A stretch of DNA of 64,000 nt from Pelagomonas calceolata (GCA_918797485.1 CAKKNE010000006.1:1612001-1676000), one strand, 5' to 3'; numbered from the stretch's first letter, positions 23,801 through 34,260 are shown. Numbers and translations: made by a program. Notes: a model not told the origin generated them from the letters alone.

Positions 23801-26347
23801 GACCTCGGCCGCCTTTCGAGGCTCGACCTGTCGGAGAACGCAGCTGTCCATCTCAACACGAGCAGCTTCTCGGGCCTGACGTCGCTGGCACAAATCGATC
23901 TCGTCGATAATCCGGTCCAAAGCGTGGGTTGCGGCACGCTGAACGTCTCGGGCGCCGATCTCACGGTCAGGTGGCTCGAGGAGTGCAACGAGGACTTTGA
24001 CGGCGGGACGGTCGTGGCTCCGGCGGGCACAACCTACTGGGGCTTTGGCAAGGGACGATGCAAGTCCGATTTGAACAAACGCGCGGGGTGCGCAAAATCG
24101 CCCGGAGATTGTTGGACCCTGTGCCAGAATACTATCGGAAGTGGCCTCGTCGCCGTCGATTGGATGGAGAACGGCGAGTGCACCTGTCAGGACGAATGTA
24201 GGTACATGTCGGACGTCGGGTGGTGTTCCAACAACACGCACGTTATCACGAGCTTAGGTACCGTGCTCCCGGACCTTGGAGCCGAGGAATGTCCGACGGC
24301 AGCGCCGACCTTGGCGCCGACGGTGGCCTTGACTAGTGCCGGGTCTTGCTTTAGCACAACCACGTTTCTGGTTACGTGTGACGTGGACTATTATACATGT
24401 GCCGGGATGGGGGCTTATTGGTACCAGCCAGGATTTGTGTCTTTTGGTTCCGGTTGCTGCCACTGCAAGGGAAGCTGCGACCATACGCTGGAAACCTCTG
24501 CTTTGTCGTGTGATGAAGCTTATTATGAACCGGAGCAGGCATTTACTTGTGACATTTGCCAGGGCCGTAGTGTAAAGGCCAACGCCGCTGCGGGTCACCA
24601 CTGCAAAGACGGCAATGGCACAATAATTGGCGACAGCATGGACAAAATAGGCTCCGGCACATATGATTCGATTACTTGGGCGTATGAGTTCATATTAATA
24701 CTGACCAAGAACACGGAAGCCGAATGCCTCCAGGATGATCCTTCGAATGTTTGGGAACCATACACGTGCGAACAGAAGGCGGGGTTCTGGGCAAACTCGA
24801 CTGAAATTCGCGAAGCCGGACTACACGAAGGTGATCTGTGGTGTCCCCATTTGCAAGAGTTCTGGATGAACCAGACCTTGAGTGACTGCTGCTTAAGCGA
24901 GGAAGAGGAAGATGTCAATACGGACGCGGCGTTTTGCGCCGAATACGAACACGTGCAGGCCGGGTTACGGCCGTGCAGCTACTACTGGGAACCGAATAAA
25001 TGCCAACTAGTTGGCGAGACGAATCTTACGCAAGCTGAGATCACGGACTCGTGGGGTAACAAACTTGGTTACGAATACACCGTTACCGGCTCGTACGAAG
25101 CTCGTTACAGGTATTATGAAAATAATTGGGACTATGACGGTACATGGGACGATGCGCAGAGGTACTGCGAACGTATGGGCGCATCGATCGTTGCGATTAG
25201 CTCGGAGGAGGAGAGCCAGGTCATTAATACCATCGTGGGGTACGACACAGACATATGGATCGGCTACCGCGCCGCTGCTAGTAGTTCGACGTGGGAGTGG
25301 GCATCTGGCGAAAGATCTGATTTCACGGTGTGGCGCGCGGGCGAGCCCAAGGCCGAGGCTCGGACGGTTCCACGTTGCGCCTATGTCACCACCGACGATG
25401 AGTCTCGCTCCTACACGACGCGAGAATGGCGGGAGGCCGATTGTAACTTTACTACGATGAGGAAAGGATGGGAAACACCGTTGCTCTGCGAACTCGGAAC
25501 GGATATAGCGGAGTGGCCGACGCCGGGCCCGACACAAAAGCCCACCGACGCGCCGACGCTGAAGCCAAGCTTCACACAAATGCCGACGGTGACGCCCGTG
25601 CCAACGCAGAGCGTCGAGTCCCGTCGTTCGCACGCGCTATGCTTCGAGACGTGCGTTCTCACCGACGCCGTGGGTGAGATGGACGCGACGCGACACAACG
25701 GGCTTACCTGCGACCCGGGCGTGGGCCTCGTCTTCGACGGCGAAGATGACTTTGCGGAGCTGGCGCCAGTCGAGCTCGGGGGCGGAGATTTCACTATCGC
25801 GCTATGGGTGGCGCCAGACCCCGGTCAGAACAACGACGCCTGGAAGACGCTCGTCACGTTCGGCAACGGCTCACGAACACAGGACTTGCAGGATAGTGTC
25901 TCGTATCGTCCACCTCACATCACAATCGAATCAAAGGGTAACACGGGCATTTCGTGGTCCTCCGAGGACGAACTGTGGAGCGGAGTAGGAGACCTTGTGG
26001 AGCCCACCGAGGACGCAAACACAGCAGACCTGCATATCGTGGTCACGATCAGGAATTATGAAAGCGGGGGTAGTCACTCAGCAGTGTACAGGAATGGTGA
26101 ATCAGTATCGTCTAGTGACTCTAGTTCGGATACTGTGGAGAAGGCAGATCGTCCCCGAAGCTACCTCGGCGGCATGGCCGAAGGAGCGACCGATGTTCCA
26201 GATTGGTCGAGTATTGCTTCGGGACGCCCGACAAAACCCTACGACGCGTACTTCAAAGGAAGCATCGCGTCCCTGACGATATGGAACGGCGCCGCTTTAA
26301 GCCAAGATGAGGTCAAGCGTCTCTACGACGGGCCGCGCTGCCCGTGA
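20852..26347 (+). CDS. Receptor-like multi-pass membrane protein: A20-like Zn finger, TMs, RelA/SpoT-like nucleotidyltransferase, ~10 TMs, LRRs, Cys-rich modules, C-type lectin, PT linker, LamG/ConA-like domain
   Basis: CGYCGAFHGSETGYCAAC; IKGLLRAREKIAMDY, LRDILRA, KNRF..PTPSGYRDVN, EIQIH; LxxLxLxxNxI..GxFxGL repeats; WDDAQRYC..IWIG..WEWASGE..W..GEP; DGEDDF..FTIALWV...YFKGSIASLTIWN..LSQDEV. Confidence 0.85.
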   Translation: MESLTAEAGAPAAAVPDDRCRPPPQASGALLDEAEAAAAPYPCGYCGAFHGSETGYCAACSRSWLKPEIAARAARFQRRAYLALVTMMMSYFETDDKAVLSVFCGSIGLVVFFWFLTKSVATAAPEWIAPLVILSLAAVYMIPTMRRMVVLIEDVDEISALFERTWREHENDEKKGPAPAKLAGELSQPTADLHRLYVLARARVGGFEVDVVERLARAGKTPAESSRNTRGPQIKGLLRAREKIAMDYGGDVSRLRDILRASIVCETVDELRTLGDELAALETAGTIRVVQVKNRFVGAPTPSGYRDVNVSTIYHGLLCEIQIHLEPILAIADQQHVAYEAARELDLMGALEKPTEATHETSSRPLRWGYVAARLVPAVLSVVIGWLYVDAFVLKGADSLVARAMLLPTRGFSRPYVVLRLYGLALAAPYAANTFLLLRAAGCFGERARCQRRGKTRVALLYERYFGYEGTYFVWKVFWFQIFEVVLQAYGKVPLFLTYMNPFEGLKRGRDEVSVGDSARDLSDSRSGLHIFVVVFFCALLFNVLYPTFLLRSRDVRYQRNFSFVADTVLDLVYACVPFVFLVLGVRSQQMIIPHDPLEYTSNLLPMLHTHFVISTLEAAADESRALRKVAPRPPEADLDEKSAEPSPSSTAKYGTCPGEALYGALVASCLVLWFLAFFAVSFKNQLIFAAAFVLASLLLPLAARHAGRPRFSVWEPAVLCSGFYLLFCLSSKFQSHILMNMALAFHGALVLFAAPDEASRGLPDTRASAATKANRLPRWGSVLYFCVTGGFLAAVVAVYTLGGTLVSTCMPCECTQDGILSSCEVFRHAESLRMTRGLNAPPFADYLDLANKGIKEIKPGSFLGLSSVKELSLEGNKIKVLKAETFEGLASCKVLTLTDNPLREISAGAFRGLGKLEQLNLAGYGFTSLRPGTFDGLGALETLDLSRNSLTRIEVDTFRGLDRLTWLSLYRNLLRHFDGAFRDLGRLSRLDLSENAAVHLNTSSFSGLTSLAQIDLVDNPVQSVGCGTLNVSGADLTVRWLEECNEDFDGGTVVAPAGTTYWGFGKGRCKSDLNKRAGCAKSPGDCWTLCQNTIGSGLVAVDWMENGECTCQDECRYMSDVGWCSNNTHVITSLGTVLPDLGAEECPTAAPTLAPTVALTSAGSCFSTTTFLVTCDVDYYTCAGMGAYWYQPGFVSFGSGCCHCKGSCDHTLETSALSCDEAYYEPEQAFTCDICQGRSVKANAAAGHHCKDGNGTIIGDSMDKIGSGTYDSITWAYEFILILTKNTEAECLQDDPSNVWEPYTCEQKAGFWANSTEIREAGLHEGDLWCPHLQEFWMNQTLSDCCLSEEEEDVNTDAAFCAEYEHVQAGLRPCSYYWEPNKCQLVGETNLTQAEITDSWGNKLGYEYTVTGSYEARYRYYENNWDYDGTWDDAQRYCERMGASIVAISSEEESQVINTIVGYDTDIWIGYRAAASSSTWEWASGERSDFTVWRAGEPKAEARTVPRCAYVTTDDESRSYTTREWREADCNFTTMRKGWETPLLCELGTDIAEWPTPGPTQKPTDAPTLKPSFTQMPTVTPVPTQSVESRRSHALCFETCVLTDAVGEMDATRHNGLTCDPGVGLVFDGEDDFAELAPVELGGGDFTIALWVAPDPGQNNDAWKTLVTFGNGSRTQDLQDSVSYRPPHITIESKGNTGISWSSEDELWSGVGDLVEPTEDANTADLHIVVTIRNYESGGSHSAVYRNGESVSSSDSSSDTVEKADRPRSYLGGMAEGATDVPDWSSIASGRPTKPYDAYFKGSIASLTIWNGAALSQDEVKRLYDGPRCP

Positions 26348-26614
26348 CGCTCTTATTTTCCATACGGAGACGATCCGCAAATGCCCTCGCAAACGCGCAC
26401 TCAGATTCCCCTTTTTAAGAATACTAGCTAAAATCAGCTTACATGTATCTACTAGTAGTACTTTGCGATTTTGCGTTTTTTGGCTTTGGGCGGCGAGGCT
26501 GCTATCGTTGCGGGCCCGGAACACTGGCGCCACCAAATTCGACGCGACGCATCGCGCGCCGAGTGTCGTGTCTACGAACGTGCATAATTACACAATGGGG
26601 AAGAAGGCGCCGGA

Positions 26615-27736
26615 CTAGTCCTGCTTCTTCGCGGGGTAGGCCTCGGCCGCGTCCGCGCCGCGCGCGGCGTAGCCCTCCATGCACAGGACGAAGTTCGACT
26701 TCTCGAAGACGCCCTTGTCGCGCTTCATCTTCGTGCGCTCCCACGAGGACGTCGCTCGCTTCGGGTTCGAGGCCATGCCGAGCAAGCAGAAGAAGTCGAT
26801 GAAGAGCTTCGTCGGGTTGAACTGCGACGTGATGCCGAATTCCGACGCGGCGTAGTCGTAGGGGTACTGGTGGTGCCAGTTGTGCCAGCCCTCGCCGACC
26901 GCGAAGAACGAGACGATCGGGTTCTCGGCGGGCCACTGCTCGTTGTAGGGGTGGTCGCCGAAGATGTGCGCCGCGCTGTTGACGAGCCACGTCGAGTGCA
27001 GCACGAAGATGTAGCGCAGGAAGCCGGCGACCCAGACCGCGTCCCAGAAGCGCTCGCCCCAGCCGAACTTGGCGACGAGGCCGGGGAACGCGAAGCACAT
27101 GAACATGGTGAACCACGGGTCCAGCTTGCGCTGGAACATGACGAAGCCGTCCCGCTTCAGGTCGTTGAAGTCGAGCTTCTTCCCCTCCTTGACGACGTCG
27201 GGGTGCTTCTTGCAGAGCAGCCAGCCGACGTGCGCGTAGAAGAAGCCGCGCTGGGCGTTGTGCGGGTCGGCCGTCGTCTCGGAGTGCTTGTGGTGCACGC
27301 GGTGGTCGCGCGCCCAGTGGAAGATGGAGCCCTGGTTCGCGATGCTGTTCATGAGCATGAGCAGGCAGCGCAGCGCCGGCCCGGCCGTGTAGGAGCGGTG
27401 GGACCAGAGGCGGTGGACGCCCGCCGTGATGCCCAGGCCCGTGATGGGCCACAGCACGTAGGCCCACAGCAGCGTGTACGTGTGGACCGTCGCGAGGCGC
27501 GTGAGGCCCAGCACGGCCCAGTAGTGGCAGAGCCCGATGTAGATGATCATGGGCCAGTTCAGCGTGCCGCCGTCGTAGTGCCACTTGATCGCCGCGTACC
27601 AGTGCGCGGGGTTCAGGTCCAGGGGCCGCGTCGCCATCTGCTCGTGCGGGTACGTCGCGCCGAGCTTCGCCGCCGCTTCCGCGGGCGTGGCGGCCTTGGC
27701 GGCGCTCGCCGCGACGACGGGGGAGGACGTCGCCAT
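26615..27736 (-). CDS. Acyl-CoA delta-9 fatty acid desaturase
   Basis: His boxes HRLWSH, HRVHH, HNWHH; GITAG, GEGWHN. Confidence 0.95.
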   Translation of the reverse strand: MATSSPVVAASAAKAATPAEAAAKLGATYPHEQMATRPLDLNPAHWYAAIKWHYDGGTLNWPMIIYIGLCHYWAVLGLTRLATVHTYTLLWAYVLWPITGLGITAGVHRLWSHRSYTAGPALRCLLMLMNSIANQGSIFHWARDHRVHHKHSETTADPHNAQRGFFYAHVGWLLCKKHPDVVKEGKKLDFNDLKRDGFVMFQRKLDPWFTMFMCFAFPGLVAKFGWGERFWDAVWVAGFLRYIFVLHSTWLVNSAAHIFGDHPYNEQWPAENPIVSFFAVGEGWHNWHHQYPYDYAASEFGITSQFNPTKLFIDFFCLLGMASNPKRATSSWERTKMKRDKGVFEKSNFVLCMEGYAARGADAAEAYPAKKQD

Positions 27737-28235
27737 GATTTTACGGCGCGGGGGCGTCTCTCTGACGGCTTTTGCTGGCTGACTGCGTGACAGCGGAGAA
27801 TGAGCCTCTGGCACGTCGCGCGCCGCTTTTTTTTAGCGTTGGCGCTGCACGTGACCTGTTGAACGTGCTTCCTACCCTCCGCGTGTGCGTTTACGGGGCT
27901 TGGGGCGAGGTGGCGCGGCTTATAGATCGCATGCGTGGACTTTGAGCAAACCCCTCGGCCCTCTCTCAATTGCGCATCAATTGCGAAACGAATTCTCTGG
28001 GCACGAGAGGACTCTTAAGGACGCTTTTACACATTCGGTGAGAAACCCGCACGAAAGCCAAGTCAAATGGTGGTCCCTACTTGGGGCCAGGGGGGGCGCC
28101 GCCCACTCGTCCTAGCATCGTAACAGACATGACAAAGAAACGAGAATCCGGGCGGGACACACCATGAGTGTCAACACAAACACAATGACATACGTTACTC
28201 GAACGGCAGACGGCTCCCCCTTCCACACGCCAGCA

Positions 28236-29210
28236 CTACGCCGGCCACGCGTTGTGCCGGAAGCCGTGGTGCAGCGGCCCGTGCGCGCCGCGCCCAATGT
28301 TCAAAGACGCGGACGCGCGCAGCGCCGCGTCCAAATAGACCTTCGCCCCTTCGATCGCCGCCCGCGGCGCGTCGCCGGCCGCGAGGCGCGCCGCGACGGC
28401 CGCGCTGAAGGTGCAGCCCGTGCCGTGCGTGTTCCGCGTGGCGACGGCGGGGCCTGCGCGGAGATCATCTGGGGGGCGCGGAGGTCGAGTCTCACACCGG
28501 GCGGGACACGCGAGGGTCGCGACGGCGCCGTCCGCGAAGGCGCACACGTCGACGATGACGTCGTCGCCCGGAGCCCGCGGCGGCCCGATCCACGCCATCG
28601 ACGGGGCCTCGTCCTCGCCCAGGCGCGCGCCCTTGACCACGACGGCGCGCGGCCCGTGCTCGAGGAGCCGCGCCGCGAGCGCCCGCGCGCGGTCCACCGA
28701 GAGCGTTCCCTCGACCGCTTCGCCGCCCAGCAGCTGCGCCTCGGCCGCGTTCGGCGTGATCACGGTCGCGAGCGGCAGCAGCTCGGCCTTGATCGCTTCG
28801 ATCGTCGCGTCGTCGACGAAGACGTCGCCGGACGCCGCGCACACGACCGGGTCGACGACCACGCCGCCGACGTCCGCCGCGCGAAGCCGCCGCGCGACCG
28901 CCTCGACGACGTCCACGGAAGCGAGCAGGCCCGTCTTCACGGCGTCCACCGCGAAGTCGTCGAAGACGGCGTCCATCTGCTCCACGACGAACGCGGGCGG
29001 CAGCCCGTGCACGCCGTGCACGCCGACCGTGTTCTGCGCCGTGATCGCCGTCACCGCGTTCGTGCTGAACACGCCCAGGGCCTCGCAGGTCTTGATCTCC
29101 GCCTGCAGGCCCGCGCCGCCGCCGCTGTCGCTGCCCGAGACGAGCAGCACAGTTGGCGGGGCCAGCGCGGCGGCGCAGCTCGTGATCAGCAGCAGCACGA
29201 AACGCAGCAT
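28236..29210 (-). CDS. thiD: Hydroxymethylpyrimidine/phosphomethylpyrimidine kinase; probable in-frame intron 28454-28507
   Basis: SGSDSGGGAGLQAEIKT, TAQNTVGV, VVVDPV, ITPNAAE, NTHGTGCTFS. Confidence 0.92.
   Translation of the reverse strand: MLRFVLLLITSCAAALAPPTVLLVSGSDSGGGAGLQAEIKTCEALGVFSTNAVTAITAQNTVGVHGVHGLPPAFVVEQMDAVFDDFAVDAVKTGLLASVDVVEAVARRLRAADVGGVVVDPVVCAASGDVFVDDATIEAIKAELLPLATVITPNAAEAQLLGGEAVEGTLSVDRARALAARLLEHGPRAVVVKGARLGEDEAPSMAWIGPPRAPGDDVIVDVCAFADGAVATLACPARCETRPPRPPDDLRAGPAVATRNTHGTGCTFSAAVAARLAAGDAPRAAIEGAKVYLDAALRASASLNIGRGAHGPLHHGFRHNAWPA
28454..28507 (-). mobile_element. Decayed introner-like intron (54 nt, in frame)
   Basis: TSD gtcccgcc/gccccgcc (7/8); 3' end gatctccgcgcag resembles the TIR; removal gives LACPAVATRNTHGTGC. 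Confidence 0.6.
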
Positions 29211-29555
29211 CGTCGCCCTGCTTCAGTGCTGCAGCGATGTATTCGCCAATTGAATGATCGAGTGCAGTTTTTGCCCAAAATCGCGTCTCTCAGCCCCGGC
29301 GCCGGGAGTCCAAGAGGTACTGGTACTAATGGTACCGTAGGTACCGTACTATACTTATAGGGTAAGCCTTGGCCGCCGATGAATCGGCGACGCGCGGTGT
29401 CTCCCCCCCAGGGGCTCCGCCCACTAGTCCTAGCACCGTAACATCGACTTCGTAAGCCTTGGGGAGTCGACGATAACCCGAACTCACCCTGGGGGGTCCG
29501 AGCCTCAGTCCCGTGAAGGAAGTGTCTTCTGGAAGCAAATCGCCTCCGCGCACTG

Positions 29556-30729
29556 TTAGAACATGAGCTTATGCCATGGTCGCCTCGGCGGCGGCGGGCC
29601 GGCGGGCCGCGCGCCGCAGCAGGGCCACCAGCGCAGCCACTCGCCCGTGCGCGCGTCGTACGCGAGGACGGCCTCGCGCCGCGAGCCGACGAGCCCGCAG
29701 GCGCCGCAGACGTGGGACGACGACGCGGCGAGCGCGGCGCGCTCCCGCCGCAGCTCCGCCACCACGGACGCGAGCGCGCCGCCGAGCGTCCCGGCCACGC
29801 GGAGCGTCGCGGCGAGCCGCCGGGCCTCGCTCGAGTGGCCGACGGCCTCGAACGTCTCCGAGGCGTCCGTGCCTGCGCGGACGTCGACCGCGTGAGACCT
29901 TTCGTCCGCCTCCGCGCCGTCGAGCCGACGCGCGGCGTCCGGCGTCGCGGCGACGGCGCGAGGATTCCGGCACGGGTCCCGCGCCGGCGAAGTCCAGCAG
30001 CGTGTCCGTGGACCCGGGGTGGTCCGGCGCGAACCTGGTGAGGTCGTAGACGGCGCCGCGCAGGGCCACGAGCACGTTCTCGCCCTCGACGTTGCCGCCG
30101 AGCACCGCGCGCGCGGCCCAGGACGCCGCGAGGCGCGAGTGGGCCTCCTTGTACGACTGCGCGCCCGGCTTGTCGCCGGCGGTGTGCGCCGCGTGGGCCG
30201 TCGGGAGCGGGTACGCGGCGACGACGCCCGCGTCCCGACGGTGCACCACGCGCCACGTCTCTTCGGAGGCCGAGGCGGCGCCGACGTCGCCGCCGCAGCA
30301 CGCGAGGAGGGCGACCTGCTGGGCGGGCAGGAAGTCGCCGAGCACGTGCGCCCAGAGCTCCGGCGGGAGCCGCGGCCGCTGCTGGCGCCGGCGCCGCTCG
30401 TACTTCCGGGCGCTGCTCGCGCCGCGCCGCGCGACCCGCCGCCGTATCCGTTCCAGCAGCAAGGCCGCGAGCAGCGCCGCCAGCGAGTTGAGCAAAGACC
30501 CGCGCGCGGCGCGCGCCCAGGCCAAGGCTTTGTAGTACTGGCGCTCCGACGCCGGGAACGACGTGAGCGCGTCGAACTCGTCGGGGAAGCGCGCCGCCGT
30601 CTGGAGGACGGCGTAGCCCGCGCAGACGAGGAAGAAGATGAGCCAGCGCTCCCGGTCTCGCGCCTCCCGTATCAGCTCGTGCTCGACGCCCGGGCGCTTC
30701 TCGTGCGCGTCGATGAGGAAGCCGAGCAT
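29556..30729 (-). CDS. Membrane protein with F-box-like and cytochrome b5 heme-binding domains and a C-terminal CxxC/CC tail; GC-AG intron 29873-29984
   Basis: LPPELWAHVLGDFLP; VYDLTRFAPDHPG..DFAG-TDASETFEAVGHS after splicing. Confidence 0.7.
29873..29984 (-). mobile_element. Introner-derived GC-AG intron (112 nt)
   Basis: Contains cgcgtcggctcgacggcgcggagg, matching the core of the 3727 element; splicing restores the cytochrome b5 motif. Confidence 0.75.
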
Positions 30730-31176
30730 GTTCTCTGCCGGCGCCGCCGCCGCGATGGCGCGGGGGAGGTGCGGCGTGCTGTTGCTCTTGTTTTTGGTCC
30801 TGGGGATCAGGGTGTCCTGGGGTCAGGGGGGAAGGCACACGGGCGTGGCCCGCGTTCGGGCTGTCCACGGCGACGCAACCTATCGGTTACTTCCGTGGGG
30901 CACTGTGGGTTCCACACGGTGACAGGATGAGCTGTGCAGTCCTTGGCCGTCCTAGTGTCTTCACCGCCTAGCCCACGGAGAGATTTGGTGTATTTCTCGC
31001 AAACCACACTAAGGTACCGCTAGCTATATTAGGAGCGCTAGGGGCATGCCGTGACCCTAAAAAAAATCGTGTACACAGGAGAGACGCGAAGGTCCAAAGC
31101 CCGCAGCTTCGAGTGATAAAAAATTAATTTCGATTGCCTCCCCAGGAGGCGGCCGCCCAAGGAGGGGGGAGGCGGA

Positions 31177-32524
31177 TCACGCGAGCATTTTGTTCTCCGT
31201 GGTGACGGTGAGCCCCCCGGCGGGCTCGGGCCCGCCCTCCATCTCGAAATAGCTCCGCGGCGTGGCCTCGGCCCGGCGGCCGCGGGCGCGCTCGAGGAGC
31301 ACGCGGCCCCGGGGCGTGAAAAAGAGGAGCCCCGCGAGGAGCGCGACGACGAGCAGCACGAGCACGACGCCGACAGCCACCGCCGCCCGGCCGGGGCCGT
31401 CGGCGGCGTCGTCGTCGTCGTTCGATTTAGACGCCGCACCGGCTGGCCACGACGTGTCGGCGCAGATCGAGGACTCGCCGGGCGCTAAGACCACACTGTC
31501 GGGGTTCCGGGCGTTGAACGGGGCGAGGTAGATCGCGTCCAGGGCGGTCCCGTCCTCGCGCGGATAGAACTTGAGCACGTAGTTGCCCGCCGCGAGCTGC
31601 CAGACCGCCTCGTCGCGGCCCGAGTCGGCCGTTCCCGTGCCCTGGGCCTCGCAGGTCGCGTCCCACGGCTCCGAGGCGAAGTCCATGACGTTGCCGTACT
31701 CCTGGCCCGCGAACTCGTACCACTCCGGCGCGAGCTGCTCCATTTTGCCCTCGCCGGCGACGCACGTCGCGCCGAAGCCGACGGCGTCCGCCGTCGTTTG
31801 CCAGTAGCCCTCGTCGGCGGTGCAGGCCGCCTCCGCGGTCGCCGCGTCTTCGGTGTAGCACGGGCACGCATGCGTCGTCATGCTGTAGCAGCAGCCCGAG
31901 AACATGCCCGGGGTGTCGCCGATGCCGACCTTCTGGTCGCGCCACGTGGGCACGCCGCGGACCTGAGTGGAAATCAACCAGTGAGCTCCACGCCATCGAG
32001 CCGACGCAGTCACAAAACAAGTGGATATCCACGCGGCCGCGCACGACACTGCCGTCGGCGTTCGCCATCGTCGCGTACATCGAGTCGCCGGCGCCGCCCG
32101 TGTCGCCGCCGGACCAGCGCACGAAGAGCGTGTACGTGTCCGCGGCCGGCACCTTGAGGCGGAACTCGAGCGCCGTCCAGACGAACGACTCGTACGAGTG
32201 GACCTCGTTGTAGTTGTCGCCGTTGTCCGGCAGCACCTGGAGGTACTTGCCCGTGAAGGAGTGCACGACCGCGCCGCCGGGCGGCGGCTTCGCCTCGTCG
32301 ACGAGCGTCCAGACCTGCGCAGGGTTGAAGCTGACCTATACATAATAACTGTTGGTGTCGCGCCGGACCGCGACGTCGTCGCGACCATCCTGCGCAGGTG
32401 TTACGGTGTAGCTCGACGTGTCCGAGGCCATGCCGATGAAGGCGCCGCCGTGGTTCGCCGACGGGCACAAAACGGCGGCGGCGCCCCCGGCGGAGAGCCC
32501 CAGCGCGAGGAGGACGAGCGCCAT
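31177..32524 (-). CDS. Type I membrane protein with a CBM-like beta-sandwich and a Cys-rich insert; introns 31963-32044 and ~32315-32404
   Basis: Signal peptide; YTLFVRWSGGD..DSMY; LKFYPREDGTALDAIYL; TM near the C-terminus. Confidence 0.6.
31963..32044 (-). mobile_element. Short introner intron (82 nt)
   Basis: TIRs ccgcgtggatatc and gatttccactcag; TSD gtgcgcgg/gtccgcgg (7/8); core gcgtcggctcgatggcgtggag. Confidence 0.85.
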
Positions 32525-33348
32525 GGCTGGTGGCGGTGGAGTTGTCCCGGGTCCCGGCCGCGGTCGCCGCTGGAGGCAATTAGATCCTAAGCCAAGGAGG
32601 CCGTGGGGCGATGGACGGCCGCAGAATTGCTATTAGTAAGACGGGCTTGGTATATGTATAGGCCGCTACCACCATAGGCTCGTTTCTCCACGTGCTTGCA
32701 TGCATGTACTAGCGCCGTGATATACAGCTAGCACGCAGCGATCCCAATTACAGCAAACTTCCGAGAAAAAACGCGGCGATCGCGCGCCGATCAATCCGAT
32801 CAAAGGCCTGCCCATCTCTGACGTGACCCCGCGTCGCGGTGCGAGCTCACACACGGAGCCTAGACTTGCCGCTGCCGCCGGCGGGGTTCGTCCCGGCAGC
32901 CCGCCCGTAAAACCCGCCGGTGCCGGCAGCTGCCGCGGCGTCGATCGAGAGTTTGCTGGCATATTTGGAACCTGGCACGCTACCCCCAACTCGGATGCCC
33001 TGTCCATCGAGATAGCCCTCCGGTACGAACACCAGCTCTCGGCGCTTTCGAATCTCCGGGAGAGGAGTATCGAGTAGTAGTTAAAGCCTGATGGAGCGAA
33101 AGCCTCTTCTACGGTAACGATTAACGAGTCTAAGTCTGGCCAGACAGCTGCCCGCCCAGGGATTTGGGCCCGACGGCCTGGACTCTCGGAGCCGCGGCGA
33201 CATATAACTCAGAAGATCGCAGACTCGGACTGGCAACTAGAAGGACCAACTTGAAGGCTGCAAGTTTCTCCAAGGACTCGACGGACCAGCCCGGGAGACA
33301 GGTACTAGCTTTTACTTGGCTTACCCCGCACGAGCCCCAGCAGGCGTC

Positions 33349-34260
33349 CTAGCCGCCGAGCGCCGCCGCCCCCCGCTCCAGCAGCGACACGACGGTGAAC
33401 GCGCCGCCGATGATCGACAGTAGTGAGGTCAGGAAGTCGTACCACCGCTTCGCGCTGCGATTTGAGACCAGAGCGGTCATGGGCGAGATGTCAAACCCGA
33501 AGCGCGTCATGGCCTCCTGCGCGCCGTCCATATGACTCAGATGGGACTGATGTAACAGCTGGAAGGCCGTGAAACCTTTCCGTTTTGCCAGTTGGTACTT
33601 CGTTGGGACGACGTGCACGAAGTGATGGAAGACCTTGTCACGCGACGGCGACTCGTACCGGATTCGCTGCAGCGTCGAGGCGACTACTTTGGAATACCTT
33701 TCTGGTAAAGATTTCAAAGAGCGCGCTTGATTCTGCGTCAACGGCATGCCAAAGGTAAAGTCGACGACGTGGTGCGACAAGTCGGAGCCGGCCGGGGCCG
33801 AAATCGCGACAGTTCCAGGAGAGGTGTGCTCGTAGGCAATATAGCCCTTCAGTTTACATCCACCCATGGAGTCGCCTACCTCGTGGTCCACTTTTTTAGC
33901 GCCCTCGGGTATCTTTCTATAAGGATGGGAGCGTTTCGTCGCGTCATCAAACCGCCACACGCGCAACGTGCGCTCCAACCCGTGCGTGGCCGCCCGCGAC
34001 TTCCCCCGCCATAGTTCGACGGCAGCATCGTCGCAGTTCAAGCGAGGGAATTCCACCTCGATGTTGATCCTGGCGGGAGACACTCCTAGCTCGACGTCGA
34101 TTATTTCCCGTATGTCGCCGGTGCCAATAAACGCCCACGTCTCCACAAAGGCCAGGCAACCCATTAATGCTACAGCTATGAGCGAGAATACGCCTCCCCT
34201 AAAAGTAGCGACCACCAGGTCTGGCGTTACTTTGCGGTACATGTCGAACCCGCCCTTCAT
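33349..34260 (-). CDS. ER-Golgi intermediate compartment protein (Erv41/Erv46/ERGIC family)
   Basis: FDMYRKV, GCKLKG, DLSHHV..FTFG, VVPTKY, FDISPM, FLTSLLSIIGGAFTV. Confidence 0.85.
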   Translation of the reverse strand: MKGGFDMYRKVTPDLVVATFRGGVFSLIAVALMGCLAFVETWAFIGTGDIREIIDVELGVSPARINIEVEFPRLNCDDAAVELWRGKSRAATHGLERTLRVWRFDDATKRSHPYRKIPEGAKKVDHEVGDSMGGCKLKGYIAYEHTSPGTVAISAPAGSDLSHHVVDFTFGMPLTQNQARSLKSLPERYSKVVASTLQRIRYESPSRDKVFHHFVHVVPTKYQLAKRKGFTAFQLLHQSHLSHMDGAQEAMTRFGFDISPMTALVSNRSAKRWYDFLTSLLSIIGGAFTVVSLLERGAAALGG

